Assembly: GCA_965223905.1 (NCBI GenBank)
Contig: CBDCXV010000010.1
Location: forward strand, 1,888,001-1,952,000
DNA length: 64,000 nucleotides
Reading direction: 5' to 3'
DNA from: Candidatus Latescibacterota bacterium
GTDB taxonomy: Bacteria; Latescibacterota; UBA2968; UBA8231
Position 1 is the stretch's first letter; the number at the start of each line of letters is the position of its first letter. Below the pieces are notes generated by a model that did no database searches, was not told the origin of the DNA, and was given only the letters and a program-made list of their open reading frames with translations. This document shows, in pieces, positions 29,599-40,511 of the stretch. The position numbers and the translations under genes are program-made.

Positions 29599-31923
29599 AT
29601 GATAATTATTGAAAAACGAGTCCCGTTCCCGCGTCCCATTGTTTCGCTCCTGGGTATGTGTCCCCTCCTGCTGCTGCATTGCGGGCCTCCCGACGAACAG
29701 CAGGCGGCCGGTACCCGGCGCATGGCCGAGCGTCTCGAGGAGATCGCCCGGAACGCCGACCCGGCGACGCACGCTTATGTGAACGCCCGGCGGGTGAAGT
29801 ACTATCGCGATCGAGTCGAGCACCTGCGCGAGTCGGTGGCCGCCATGGATCCCCGCGGCAAGGTCCAGATCCTGAATGCCCGCTTCTCGTATGCCAGCGA
29901 ACTCCTGAGGGCCGGTCATTCCGAGGACGCAGTGAAAGAGTACCGGGAGCTTCTGGCAGTGAAAGAGTACCGGGAGCTTCGGACTGAGGCCGATCGCCGG
30001 TTCCGGCCGACTCTGCAGATGCTCGTCGGGGTGTCCTACCTCCGCCTCGGAGAACAGGAGAACTGCATCCTGCAACACACGATCGATTCCTGCCTGCTGC
30101 CGATTCGGGAGACCGGCGTCCACCAGGCCCAGCGCGGATCGCGGGCGGCCCTGAGGGAGTTTCTCGAAGTCCTGAGCGGGAATCCGCGGGACCTGTCGGC
30201 CCGCTGGCTGCTCAATATCGCCTACATGACGTTGGGCGAGTACCCCCGTGAGGTGCCCTCCAACTACCTGATTCCTCCCGAGCTGTTCGAATCCGACTAC
30301 GACATCGGGCATTTCGACGACGTCGCCCTTGCGCTGGGGCTCGACGTGGTGGGGCTTGCAGGTGGCGCCGTCATGGAAGACTTCGACGGTGACGGACACC
30401 TCGACATCATGGCCTCCTCGTCGGGACTGCGAGACCAGCTTCGCTACTTCCGCAACGGTGGAGACGGCACCTTTGCCGACCTCACCGAACAGGCCGGACT
30501 GGCCGGCATCGTCGGGGGGCTGAATGCCCTGCAGGCAGATTACGACAACAACGGTTTCGCCGACGTGCTGATTCTGCGCGGCGCCTGGCTCGGCGCCGAC
30601 GGTCACTATCCCAATTCACTGCTGTCCAATCTCGGGGATGGACGGTTCGTCGATGTTACCGAAGCGGCCGGCCTGCTCGCTGCGCACCCGACCCAAACGG
30701 CCGCCTGGGGCGACTACGACAACGACGGTTGGGTGGATCTGTTCGTGGGCAACGAATCCGTCGGCGAGGATACACTCGCATGCGAACTGTTCCGCAACGG
30801 GGGCGACGCCGATCGAGACCCGGTTCGCTTCAGCGATGTGGCCGAGGAAGCGGGAGTCGCGGTCGTCGGTTATGTAAAGGGGGTCGTTTGGGGCGACTAC
30901 GACAACGACGGACTCGTGGACTTGTACGTGTCGCGTCTATTCGCCGATCCCAACCTCCTCTTGCGCAACGAAGGGGAGGATGCCCATGGCCGGTGGCGTT
31001 TCACCGATGTGACGGCGACGGCAGGAGTTCCCGGACCGACCTACAGTTTTCCGACCTGGTTCTGGGACTACGACAACGATGGCTGGCAGGACATCTTCGT
31101 CGCCGGGTTCAAAGGCGATGTGGCTGACGTCGCCGCCGACTATCTCGGTCTGCCGCACAACGCCGAAGAACCGCGTCTCTACCGCAACAACGGAGACGGC
31201 ACATTTGCCGACGTGACACGCGAGGCCGGACTCGACGAGCCGCTGATAGCCATGGGCAGCAACTTCGGCGACCTCGATAACGACGGATTCCCCGACTGCT
31301 ACATCGGCACGGGCGACCCGTACATGGTGACCATCGTTCCCAACCGCATGTTTCGCAACGCCGCCGGCCGGTTCTTTCAGGACGTCACCACGTCAGGTGG
31401 GTTCGGGCATCTGCAGAAGGGTCACGGCGTCGCCTTCGGCGACATCGATCACGACGGCGATCAGGACGTCTTTGCCGTTATGGGTGGCGCGTACACGGGC
31501 GATGTCTATCAGAACGTCCTCTTCAGAAACCCCGGACACGGCAACCGCTGGATCAAGCTCAGACTCGAAGGCCGTCGCTCAAACCGCGCCGCGATCGGGG
31601 CGCGCGTCGTCGTGCGCGTGAATACGGCGGACGGAGTTCGCGAGATTCACTCGACGGTGAGCAGCGGGGGCAGTTTCGGCGCCTCGACCCTGCAGCGGGA
31701 AATCGGCCTGGGGCAGGCTACCTCCATTCGCGCAATCGAAGTTTTCTGGCCCGCCAGCGGTGACGTGCAGGTCTTTGAGAATGTCGAAATGGGCCAGACC
31801 CTCGTCATTCGCGAGGGGGACCCCCTTCCGACCGCGCTCAGGTTCGAGCCCTTCGAGATTCCTGGCATGGACGGGTCGGGGCAGCACGAGCACGCCCGCC
31901 ATGGGCCTGGCCACCAGGACTAG
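29599..31923 (+). CDS. CRTAC1/ASPIC-UnbV family FG-GAP lipoprotein
   Basis: LLHC lipobox-like signal; DYDNDG repeats; SNRAAIGARV ASPIC domain. Confidence 0.88.
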   Translation: MIIIEKRVPFPRPIVSLLGMCPLLLLHCGPPDEQQAAGTRRMAERLEEIARNADPATHAYVNARRVKYYRDRVEHLRESVAAMDPRGKVQILNARFSYASELLRAGHSEDAVKEYRELLAVKEYRELRTEADRRFRPTLQMLVGVSYLRLGEQENCILQHTIDSCLLPIRETGVHQAQRGSRAALREFLEVLSGNPRDLSARWLLNIAYMTLGEYPREVPSNYLIPPELFESDYDIGHFDDVALALGLDVVGLAGGAVMEDFDGDGHLDIMASSSGLRDQLRYFRNGGDGTFADLTEQAGLAGIVGGLNALQADYDNNGFADVLILRGAWLGADGHYPNSLLSNLGDGRFVDVTEAAGLLAAHPTQTAAWGDYDNDGWVDLFVGNESVGEDTLACELFRNGGDADRDPVRFSDVAEEAGVAVVGYVKGVVWGDYDNDGLVDLYVSRLFADPNLLLRNEGEDAHGRWRFTDVTATAGVPGPTYSFPTWFWDYDNDGWQDIFVAGFKGDVADVAADYLGLPHNAEEPRLYRNNGDGTFADVTREAGLDEPLIAMGSNFGDLDNDGFPDCYIGTGDPYMVTIVPNRMFRNAAGRFFQDVTTSGGFGHLQKGHGVAFGDIDHDGDQDVFAVMGGAYTGDVYQNVLFRNPGHGNRWIKLRLEGRRSNRAAIGARVVVRVNTADGVREIHSTVSSGGSFGASTLQREIGLGQATSIRAIEVFWPASGDVQVFENVEMGQTLVIREGDPLPTALRFEPFEIPGMDGSGQHEHARHGPGHQD

Positions 31924-32027
31924 CCCGTGGCTGGAGCTGAAGTCCATTGCATTGTGAGCGAACCTTCGAGCTGTCCCACGGCCGTATGCACCATGGGCTC
32001 CTGGGGGCGCTGCGGTCGATTTTTTCC

Positions 32028-32055
32028 TTGACCTCCGGGTATTTTTCCATATACT
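32028..32055 (+). promoter_or_regulatory. Possible sigma70 promoter upstream of the 32.3-42.2 kb operon
   Basis: TTGACC-N16-TATACT in an AT-richer intergenic region. Confidence 0.35.
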
Positions 32056-32320
32056 GTTACGATTCAATGGAGAGAGACGAGCGCAGGTCATTCACCCATA
32101 AAGACCGTAAGTTGTTTATTTACAGCGACTAATAAAGAAGCGGTCGGAGTTGGTTCTGCGCAAAATCACCAGTTCCCGTTTTCTCTCGCTCGCTGAGCGA
32201 CTGGTGCGCTGAAAGGAGGTGTCCGACGGAAGCCCGCATTTCAGATATCGGCAGTAGCAATAGTGATCGTTCACGTAGATTTACAGCAGTCATCCTTCCA
32301 CACTCAAAGGAGAAGCGAGA

Positions 32321-33229
32321 ATGAAGAAGATCATTATCATGGGTGCAGTTCTGGGCCTCGTTCTGACCACCTTCACTCCGAGTTCGGCCCACGTGCCATC
32401 GGACAAGAACTTTGCGGCAGTGATGGTGCCCATCGGCGTCGATGGAGTCAGGGACCTCTCAGTGGATGGTGATCTCGGCGAGTGGGACAACGTGCCGTCC
32501 GCGTTCTGGACCACCCATGATGACCTCGTAGAGTCGATCACCGGTACCCAGGGTGACCCGGATGCGGGCAACCTCGCCGAGCGCATCATCGCCGGCTGGA
32601 GCCCAGAGACCAACTTGATTTACGTCATGGAGGAAAAGTTCGACCAACTCTGGTACGGCTCGGTCGAAGAGACCAACGACAACCTCACCATCGCGATCGA
32701 TGCGAACCACAGCGGCGGACAGTACTATGGGGAGGCCATAGAGGAGGTATTTTATTCGCGCGAGGCACAGCACTGGAAGACGGTGTTCAACGCGCCCGAC
32801 AACCCCATTTTTCTGTGGGGCGGCACGAGTGTGTGGTCCACCGCGGAGCCTTACTCCGGTCTCAGTTTTAGGGTCGACGGCGAGGACGGTGGCGCCGCCA
32901 CCCTCTGGGCGGAGAGTTGGTTCACCCCCTTCGACGACCTGCCCAGCGATTCGACCGGTCCCGACGACGAACGCATAATCATCCAAGACCTGACGGAAGG
33001 CAACATCATCGGCCTTGGCTTTGCCGTTCAGGACGATGACAACGGCCCGGGCGAAGGGTACGACGGCTACTGGATCAACACTGGCGACGTCATCATGTAC
33101 TACCACGCCGACGCCCTGGTAGACTACCTGCTACAGGGTTTTAACGAGGACTATTGGGTGGCTGGAGAGAACGTGACAGCGGTCCAGGACGACAGCTGGG
33201 CTCGCATCAAAGCGGGCTTCTCCAACTAA
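32321..33229 (+). CDS. Secreted acidic CBM9/DOMON-like protein with C-terminal TAVQDDSWARIK motif
   Basis: Signal peptide; VDGDLGEW, IDANHSGGQY, IIGLGFAVQDDD; strong RBS. Confidence 0.65.
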   Translation: MKKIIIMGAVLGLVLTTFTPSSAHVPSDKNFAAVMVPIGVDGVRDLSVDGDLGEWDNVPSAFWTTHDDLVESITGTQGDPDAGNLAERIIAGWSPETNLIYVMEEKFDQLWYGSVEETNDNLTIAIDANHSGGQYYGEAIEEVFYSREAQHWKTVFNAPDNPIFLWGGTSVWSTAEPYSGLSFRVDGEDGGAATLWAESWFTPFDDLPSDSTGPDDERIIIQDLTEGNIIGLGFAVQDDDNGPGEGYDGYWINTGDVIMYYHADALVDYLLQGFNEDYWVAGENVTAVQDDSWARIKAGFSN

Positions 33230-33273
33230 AGAGAGAGATCGGCTTGTAAGGAGCCAGATCTGGTGTAGTTGAT

Positions 33274-33311
33274 GGGGGGCGAGATCGACGATCCTCGCCC
33301 CCCTTTTTTTT
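33274..33311 (+). terminator. Rho-independent terminator/attenuator between the first and second operon genes
   Basis: GGGGGGCGAG...CTCGCCCCCC hairpin followed by T8. Confidence 0.85.
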
Positions 33312-33327
33312 CGGCAGGGAGAGAAAA

Positions 33328-35979
33328 GTGCGCTCACCGGCGTTTTTGCTAGCAACCTGCTCGGCGTTGACGTTGTCGGCCACATATCCGTGCTGGGGAC
33401 AGGAGGGGTATTCGCTGGAGCCAGGCAGGGTGATCGTCGATTCCAGAGAGCATTGGGAATTCTGGGACTCCGCCGCCAACACGATCCAGATCAGCGATGA
33501 AGGGGTGAAGCCCGCCTTCATCCGCAAGCACACGAGACTGGAAATAGATGGCGGGGAAGTCGTCGTTCCCGGCATCAACGCCGCCCTCAATGCCGCCGAG
33601 TTCGGCGGCGGAATATTAGCTGCCGGATCCAATCGCCCGAGCGACACCGACGTCATGGATGGCAGGATGGACACCTTCTGGGAACCGGACGCGTCCGACC
33701 TGTTGCAAGACCAGTGGCTGCAGATCGATCTGGGGCGGACGGTATCTGCCACCAGGATCGTCCTCAAGTTTGTCGGTGAAGATCTGGGAGACCCCTTTCT
33801 GCAGTTCAGGGTGACCACTTCACAGGGACAGAAGACCCCTACAGGTGGTCAGCTTATTTTCCGGCCACGCTTCACCACGGACAAACCGAGCAAGAACGAG
33901 CGGATTTTCGAGATCGACCTGACCAAACAGCTACCGTCGAGGTGGCCCGATGCACGGGGCGACTTCACCGGCGACGTCATCCGTTACGTCGGGGTGGGCA
34001 TCACGGACAGCGACTTCGGCAGGGGGAGGCAGGTCTCCCAGTCCGAATACGACAGTCTGCCAGCCGACCAGCAGGGAGAGATAGACTACTTCCGACGAGA
34101 GACGTCAGGGAAGGTCAGGTTGCTGGATGGGAAAGAGGATTGGGACGCCCTGGCGGGCACGGAGAGGCAGGGGCCGGTCGAATATTACCGCCGCGAAATA
34201 CCCCGGCTGGCAGAGATCGAGGTCTGGACCATCGGCGACAACATCGGTACGGGCGTACTGGAGCGGGGCGGAAGGGTGACCGACGACGCCGGGGCGAACA
34301 TCAACATTGCGGGGGCCGTGGTAGATGGAGACCTCTACGGCGAGGTGCTGTACTGGACTGCCCTCGCAAGCATTGATCTTGACAGGTTGCCGATTTCGCA
34401 GCCGCGGGATGCGGAGGGCTCGATGTTCATAGATCTCGGAGGCTCCTACTTTGTCGACCATATCAGAATACTCCACGCCATTTCGAACCCACCTCCGTTC
34501 AGAGCCTACCGCATCCAGCTCTCTGACGGCTCCACCAATGCCGGCGGCGAACTGGCCTGGAGGACGGTAGGGTCGATCAGCGACGTCTCGCGGGAGCAGA
34601 CTTTCCACGGCTTCGAATTCCCGCTCACGAAGACGGAGCATTTGGCCTTCACCTACAGGCTCAACGACAAGTCGACGTACGAGCCGGGGCAAGGGAGCCA
34701 CGGCGTGTCGGAGGTCCAGTTTTTCGGGGAAGGCTTCCTGGCGGAGTCGCAGATCTCGTCTGAGTTCGGAGGGGAGTCCCCGTTCATAGAGCTGGGGCGG
34801 ACCCCTCAGAACCTGGCTTCCATCGAGTGGGAGGCCGACGAGCCGCCGGGGACGGATCTCATCCTGCAGACCCGCACCGGCGACACGGTCGAGAGCGTAA
34901 CCCGCTATTTCAAAAAAAACGGGTCCGAATTCCCGGGCACCGAAGAGCAGGCGCGCGAAGCCTGGGAGGACGAAAAGAGTCTCTTCGGGGCTGGCGCTGT
35001 GGGTCCGGTGATAGCCGAGACGAACCCGGGCAGTGACTGGAGTGGCTGGAGTCAACCGTATTTCGATTCCGGTGAAAGGATCACCTCTCCCAGTCCGAGG
35101 AGATACGTCGCCATCCGGGCAATTTTCCTGACGGAAGATCCCATGGCAGCGGCCGCGCTGCGATCCGTGGCGCTGAACTTCGTGACGCCTGTGGCCGGCA
35201 CGATCCTGGGCGAGGTGCTGCCCTCGCGCCTGGAGGAGATCGGCACGAAACAGCAGTTTTCGTATTTCGTCCGCTCCACCTTCCGGTCGGACAGCAGAGG
35301 GTTAGACGAGATCCTCATCGAGGCGCCCGACGGCGTCGACATGAAGCTGAAACAGGTGAACGTAGACGTGACAGGGCAAGAAACCGTAACGTATACGCCA
35401 CAGAGCGAGGGGTTTGAGGTGGTGATGGAGACGGATTCGCTGTGGGTGCGTCTGCCGGCTGCGATCAAGACGACGCGTGGATCGGCGCTGGTAGAGCTTC
35501 AGTTCGAGGCGACCGTGTTCGTCTACAACACGTTTTTCATCGGCTCCATGGGACACTCGCAGTTCGAAGACTCATGGCAGCGGGTGGATGATGGCGACGC
35601 CAACGGGGTTGTGGACAGCGAGACGACGGTGGTGTTGGCACTACTGGAGCAGGGCGAGTTGCTGGGGGATTTGCAGGTCGACAGCGTGTTCACACCCAAT
35701 GGCGACGGCACCAACGACGAGCTGGAGGTCAGTTTTGCGCTGCTGCGGTTGACGGCTGCGGTGCCGGTAGCGATAGAGATCTACGATCTGAGCGGCCGGC
35801 TGGTGACACGGATAGCTCAGGAGACCACGGCGGGTCACCACACGGTGGCCTGGACGGGGGTGGATCAGTCGGGAGCGATCGTGCCACCTGGAATCTATCT
35901 GATGCGCATCGACGTGGATGTGGATTCGACATCCGAGAGCGACACGTCGGTCCATCGATTGGTACACGTCGTCTACTAG
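33328..35979 (+). CDS. Large secreted protein, discoidin-like domains plus FTPNGDG/FlgD-Ig C-terminal domain
   Basis: WLQIDLG, FIDLGG; FTPNGDGTND...IYDLSGRLV...WTGVD..G.IVPPGIY...VVY. Confidence 0.75.
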   Translation: MRSPAFLLATCSALTLSATYPCWGQEGYSLEPGRVIVDSREHWEFWDSAANTIQISDEGVKPAFIRKHTRLEIDGGEVVVPGINAALNAAEFGGGILAAGSNRPSDTDVMDGRMDTFWEPDASDLLQDQWLQIDLGRTVSATRIVLKFVGEDLGDPFLQFRVTTSQGQKTPTGGQLIFRPRFTTDKPSKNERIFEIDLTKQLPSRWPDARGDFTGDVIRYVGVGITDSDFGRGRQVSQSEYDSLPADQQGEIDYFRRETSGKVRLLDGKEDWDALAGTERQGPVEYYRREIPRLAEIEVWTIGDNIGTGVLERGGRVTDDAGANINIAGAVVDGDLYGEVLYWTALASIDLDRLPISQPRDAEGSMFIDLGGSYFVDHIRILHAISNPPPFRAYRIQLSDGSTNAGGELAWRTVGSISDVSREQTFHGFEFPLTKTEHLAFTYRLNDKSTYEPGQGSHGVSEVQFFGEGFLAESQISSEFGGESPFIELGRTPQNLASIEWEADEPPGTDLILQTRTGDTVESVTRYFKKNGSEFPGTEEQAREAWEDEKSLFGAGAVGPVIAETNPGSDWSGWSQPYFDSGERITSPSPRRYVAIRAIFLTEDPMAAAALRSVALNFVTPVAGTILGEVLPSRLEEIGTKQQFSYFVRSTFRSDSRGLDEILIEAPDGVDMKLKQVNVDVTGQETVTYTPQSEGFEVVMETDSLWVRLPAAIKTTRGSALVELQFEATVFVYNTFFIGSMGHSQFEDSWQRVDDGDANGVVDSETTVVLALLEQGELLGDLQVDSVFTPNGDGTNDELEVSFALLRLTAAVPVAIEIYDLSGRLVTRIAQETTAGHHTVAWTGVDQSGAIVPPGIYLMRIDVDVDSTSESDTSVHRLVHVVY

Positions 35980-35980
35980 A

Positions 35981-37729
35981 ATGATCGGGACATCACCTCG
36001 TAGCGCAGTGGCCCTGCCCGTCTTGTCCGTAGCCCTTCTCGGCCTTGCGACGACGGGCAACGGGGAGACGATCGTCTTCGGAGGCGGCCCAGGCTCTCGC
36101 GCCTGGGATCAGGCTCATTCCGAGGTAACGGCCATCGATTTCGAAGCCACACCCGGTTCCATCCACCCTTTGCTGAACGATCCGGAAGACAATATTGCCC
36201 TGCAGTTGCTTGCACAGGGCGGGCAGATAACATCGCCGAATGCACACATAGAGCTCCAAGTCACCCCGAGTGCGATGGATGGTTTGTTGAACAGGATGGT
36301 GGACGGCAGCGGCAACACCGCCTTCGAGGTCAAGCTCCCGAGGACCACGGGGATCAGATTCAGGGTTGATCTGGGCGAGCGCTTCGGAGTCAACAGGATT
36401 CGATTTGCCCCTCGCGAAGGGTTCGAGGGGTTTTTTCTTAAAGGTTACGAGGTGGCGCTGAACGACGGCAGCGAGGAGCAGACGACCCGTAGCGGATTTC
36501 CCGATTTCCGAGTCTTCAAAAGAACGGAGCGCAATCGAGACCCTGTCGTCGACCTACGCGTGCCGCTGCAGGTCGTCCGTTTCATAGAGGTGAGACAGCT
36601 CGTTCGAGGCGAATGGGAAATCGACGAGTTCCAGGTCTTCGGCGAAGGCTTCGCTCGTGCTGCCGCGTACACCTCGAGCGTGTTCGATGAACGTGGGCCC
36701 GCCGTCTTCGGCGATATCACATGGGCACTCGAGACGATAGGTGAGCCGGTCAAGGTATCTGCTACCGTATCCACCCGGAGCGGCCGCACGCCGGACCCGA
36801 GTGACGGCCAGGAATGGAGTAGATGGTCTTTCCCGTATCCGGCCGGAGCGCCCACACAGATCGAATCGCCTGCTCCCCGTCGCTACTGGCAGTTTCGCGT
36901 TTTGTTTCAGAGCGAGGACATCCGCTCGGCGGCTGTAGTCGATTCGATCGCCGTGGAGGTCTCGCCAGCGCTGGCCGATTCCGTGGTCGGCGAGGTGTGG
37001 CCGCAGAAAGCCGTCGTCGGACCGGCGACCGAGCTGACCTACTGGGTGCGCAGCTACAACAGCGACGGCTTCGACCGGCTCGACATCGAGACGCCGGCGC
37101 GGGTGGAGGTCGTCCGATCGGTGCAGGTCGACGGGTCCGACGTGGCCTGGGACAAGGAGGACATCGGAGACGACCGCGGCGATATCGTCGGCGTCCGCAT
37201 CAGCTTCCCGAGAGTCACTGGCGACGACCGGCTGCTGCGCGTCGTGTTCGAGAGCATCTTGTTGAACTACGACACCGTCTTCGTCGGCAGGGTCTTCGAC
37301 ACCCAGAGACCGCAGCGCCTACCGCTGACGCTGATCCCGGGAGACGTGGCAGCCGACCCGGTGGCCGAGGGCGACGACCTGTCGGTTACCACCCGGGTCG
37401 TCGGCAACCGCATCATCCACGGACTCGATGTCGATCCGACGCCGTTCACGCCCAACGGCGACGGCGTCAACGACGAGACCACGATCACCTACGGCATCGC
37501 CAACCTGACGAGCGTTGCCCCCGTCTCAGTGGTCGTCTACGACCTGGCGGGCCGGCCTCTGAAAGTGGTCTACTCCGGCCACGATGTCAGCCGCAGTTTC
37601 GCAAGACTCTGGGACGGGACCGGCGACGACGGACAGAAGCTGCCACCGGGGCTGTACGTCGTGCGTCTGGAGGTCGATGCGGACACGGGGACGGAGAGCC
37701 GGACGGCGATCGTGCCCATCGTGTACTGA
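35981..37729 (+). CDS. Paralogous secreted protein with FTPNGDG/FlgD-Ig C-terminal domain
   Basis: FTPNGDGVND...VYDLAGR...WDGTGDDG.KLPPGLY...PIVY; ATG 35981. Confidence 0.75.
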   Translation: MIGTSPRSAVALPVLSVALLGLATTGNGETIVFGGGPGSRAWDQAHSEVTAIDFEATPGSIHPLLNDPEDNIALQLLAQGGQITSPNAHIELQVTPSAMDGLLNRMVDGSGNTAFEVKLPRTTGIRFRVDLGERFGVNRIRFAPREGFEGFFLKGYEVALNDGSEEQTTRSGFPDFRVFKRTERNRDPVVDLRVPLQVVRFIEVRQLVRGEWEIDEFQVFGEGFARAAAYTSSVFDERGPAVFGDITWALETIGEPVKVSATVSTRSGRTPDPSDGQEWSRWSFPYPAGAPTQIESPAPRRYWQFRVLFQSEDIRSAAVVDSIAVEVSPALADSVVGEVWPQKAVVGPATELTYWVRSYNSDGFDRLDIETPARVEVVRSVQVDGSDVAWDKEDIGDDRGDIVGVRISFPRVTGDDRLLRVVFESILLNYDTVFVGRVFDTQRPQRLPLTLIPGDVAADPVAEGDDLSVTTRVVGNRIIHGLDVDPTPFTPNGDGVNDETTITYGIANLTSVAPVSVVVYDLAGRPLKVVYSGHDVSRSFARLWDGTGDDGQKLPPGLYVVRLEVDADTGTESRTAIVPIVY

Positions 37730-37770
37730 TCGTTTCCGAATCACTCGAAGAGAGACAGGGGAGGATCGCA

Positions 37771-40479
37771 ATGATGACCGGTCACGCAGTTCGGGTGGCG
37801 GTGCGTGCGTCGCGGCCGCTGGCCATCGCCGCCGCCGTCGTCCTGGTACTGGCGCTGGCCTTCACGCAGGCCGATGCGCAGGGATTCGAGCACGACCGAC
37901 TGACGGGCACGCGACGAGCCGGCGAGCTCACGTTCGAGCCGACCGGGCCCGGTGTCCTGTTCGGCGCTCTGGATCCCGCGGTCAGGAAGTGGTACGTCCC
38001 ACAGGAGCTGTTTCACGAGTTTCGGTGGAAGCAGTGGGAGTACAGCAACTACGCGAGAGATCGCTACCAGCGCTATGTCCGGACCAATCTCCAGGGGGAC
38101 TACTTCTACGACATGTACGGTTCGTACATAACCAGAGGATGGCTGGTCTACGACTGGAGCCAGACCCAGCCCGAGCAGGGGGGAAGCAACCTGTTCAAGA
38201 CCGACATCTTCAGTGGCTTTTTCAGCAAGGTGGTCGTGGCCTCCGACCAGAAGGGACAGCACCATCTGGCTGTCACCGTGGGCGAGAAGATCCGGTCGAC
38301 CCTGACCCCGATGACCTTCTCCAAGCCGGCCTTCGACGGCATTCAGGTGGACTATCAATCCGACAAGTACGAAGTGACGGCGCTCCTCTCGCGCATCAGC
38401 TCGCCGGGTGAAGCCGCCGGAGGGCGAAGCTCCATCAACCAACAGACGAGCTCGACGACCCTTACCGGGGGGCGCGCGACCGCCCAGGTTGGAGACTATC
38501 TCAAACTCGGCGCCAACTACGTGAACGCCCACAACTCCTCTCAGCTCCTCGATGCCTTCGAGGGCAGCCCGCGAAGCGGGTCGATCGTCTCCAGTCAGAA
38601 AGCGGACAACGTCACCCGGGTCTTCGTGCGACTCTCGGACGACTCGCCAGGTGACGGCGAAGGTGCCACGCTGTTCGCCTGGGACTTGATCATAGAGGCC
38701 GACGTCGAGACGATCGATGAAGCGGGGAATGTGAGTTTCGAGAGAGAGGTTGTCCGGGCCAGCGAAGTCGGGCTGATCCCCGCGCCCCAGGGCGGCTTTC
38801 AGAGGCTCGGGTTCTGGGAGGCGAGCGGCTCCGAGCAGATCGAGCTGGTCTACGACTTCTCGGTGGGGACGTACACCGGCCCGGATCCGTCAGAGATAAG
38901 AAGGGTGACCATCGAGCTGGTGGTGGCCAATGACTACAGGATCGAGACGACGTCGGACCGCCAGTTCGACAGGGATTTGGCCAGCGTCTACTTGCTGGCT
39001 GCCAGGGCCGACGACAACGTCAAGGATGGCTCCAACCTGACCGTCCTCAAGATCCCGTATGGTCTGCCGACGGCCACCGAGATATTCGGGCTCACACTGG
39101 AAGCGACCCGCCTCTGGGGATTCGACCTCTACGGAGAATGGGACCGCAGCGTCAGTTACAGGAAGTACCCCAACAGGGCGCACACCAGGCACTTGGGGGG
39201 CTCCGACGAAGCCGACGGCTGGATGGTGAATCTGTCGAGAATCGCCCATCCTTTCTTCCTCTTCGGCGAAGCCTATAGCATGGCCGCCAACTACAACACC
39301 TCCGTTATAATGGCCAGGGGCGAAACCAACATAGACTACTCGGACAAGGGCAGATTCTTCTACGAGCTCGTCGACGACAACGACGATCAGGACAGGTTCC
39401 CCGACTGGCAGAGGCTGTTCCAAGACAAAGACATCGAGGTGTTCCCCGGGTACGACGAGAACCTCGACTTCATATCCGATTTCAACCAGAACGACAGCGT
39501 GGATCTTCCCAATCGCGTCCCGGACTACGACGAACCTTTTCTGCGATACGGAACCGACAAGCCGGAATACCTGTTCGGCATTGACATGAACAACAACCTC
39601 TGGGTGGATCGGTTCGAAAACGACGATGAACCCGATTTCCCCTACCCCAGGGACCACGAGGGATACAACATCTACGGCGGCGTCGACCTGCTTCCCGGCA
39701 TCAGGCTCACCGTCGGACGAACGGATGAGAGATTGATCGCCGGCGGGGGGGAAAACAAGACCCACTACATGCTCTTCGTCCTGGAACAGGACTACCCGGG
39801 TCTCGGAAGGCTGAAGATCTTCGAGAACATCAAAATCGCCAAGGACACCATACCGAACGGTCTTCGCCAGTGGAGCGAGACCGAGCGGCGGAACCTTCCA
39901 ACCGGCGATCCCCTGGCGGCTCGGGACACGTGGATAAACTCCACGTTCATGAGCTTCAAGTCCACGGCGATCGAGGATGTGAATTTCGTGAGTAAACTCA
40001 AATACGATCGCTGGCACCAAAACCAACGACAGCCCGATCTGCGGGAGAACTACACCTTCTTCGGTCTCATCAACAAGGTGGACCTCGAACGCAAGGTGGC
40101 CCGTGTCGATCTCATGCCGAGAATAAAGAACGAGCTCAGGCTCGAGTCTCCGCCGGGCAGATTCGATGCCAAGCGCAGGGAAGACACGGTGCAGCTCTCC
40201 CTGCTGGCGCGATGGCCGCTGTTCGCCTCCTCCTCCGTCCAGGCCGGCGTCGAGTACTCGATCTTCAACCAGCTGCGCAAATCCGAGACCGCGGTCAGGG
40301 AGGGACTGCTCGACGATTTCACCGAAATCGTCGGAGCGCTACAGTTCACGAACAACACCAGCTACCATGGTTACCGCCTGGTGACGAACATGGGCATGAG
40401 ATTGACCAGAAGATCGATAGACGACGAGACCGAGACGGGCAGAGTCGCCTTTGCCACGATGTATGCCGGTCTGGACTAA
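37771..40479 (+). CDS. Large secreted, probably outer-membrane beta-barrel protein with Asp-rich Ca-binding-like loops
   Basis: GGAGG RBS, signal ADA-Q; amphipathic strands; DDNDDQD, DENLDFISDFN, DMNNN motifs; ends FATMYAGLD. Confidence 0.55.
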   Translation: MMTGHAVRVAVRASRPLAIAAAVVLVLALAFTQADAQGFEHDRLTGTRRAGELTFEPTGPGVLFGALDPAVRKWYVPQELFHEFRWKQWEYSNYARDRYQRYVRTNLQGDYFYDMYGSYITRGWLVYDWSQTQPEQGGSNLFKTDIFSGFFSKVVVASDQKGQHHLAVTVGEKIRSTLTPMTFSKPAFDGIQVDYQSDKYEVTALLSRISSPGEAAGGRSSINQQTSSTTLTGGRATAQVGDYLKLGANYVNAHNSSQLLDAFEGSPRSGSIVSSQKADNVTRVFVRLSDDSPGDGEGATLFAWDLIIEADVETIDEAGNVSFEREVVRASEVGLIPAPQGGFQRLGFWEASGSEQIELVYDFSVGTYTGPDPSEIRRVTIELVVANDYRIETTSDRQFDRDLASVYLLAARADDNVKDGSNLTVLKIPYGLPTATEIFGLTLEATRLWGFDLYGEWDRSVSYRKYPNRAHTRHLGGSDEADGWMVNLSRIAHPFFLFGEAYSMAANYNTSVIMARGETNIDYSDKGRFFYELVDDNDDQDRFPDWQRLFQDKDIEVFPGYDENLDFISDFNQNDSVDLPNRVPDYDEPFLRYGTDKPEYLFGIDMNNNLWVDRFENDDEPDFPYPRDHEGYNIYGGVDLLPGIRLTVGRTDERLIAGGGENKTHYMLFVLEQDYPGLGRLKIFENIKIAKDTIPNGLRQWSETERRNLPTGDPLAARDTWINSTFMSFKSTAIEDVNFVSKLKYDRWHQNQRQPDLRENYTFFGLINKVDLERKVARVDLMPRIKNELRLESPPGRFDAKRREDTVQLSLLARWPLFASSSVQAGVEYSIFNQLRKSETAVREGLLDDFTEIVGALQFTNNTSYHGYRLVTNMGMRLTRRSIDDETETGRVAFATMYAGLD

Positions 40480-40511
40480 GGCATAGACGCGAGCTTGAGT
40501 GGAAGTACACG

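Noticed and set aside
29599-31923. Enediyne biosynthetic cluster (UnbV/UnbU-like genes)
   Set aside because: No PKS or thioesterase in the window; these families are widespread outside such clusters.
32056-32320. Riboswitch or ncRNA in the long leader
   Set aside because: No recognisable family motif by eye; would need an Rfam/Infernal search.
36823-37770. N-terminal extension giving a 1218-aa protein
   Set aside because: Overlaps the upstream gene in another frame; the RBS and signal peptide support a start at 37771.
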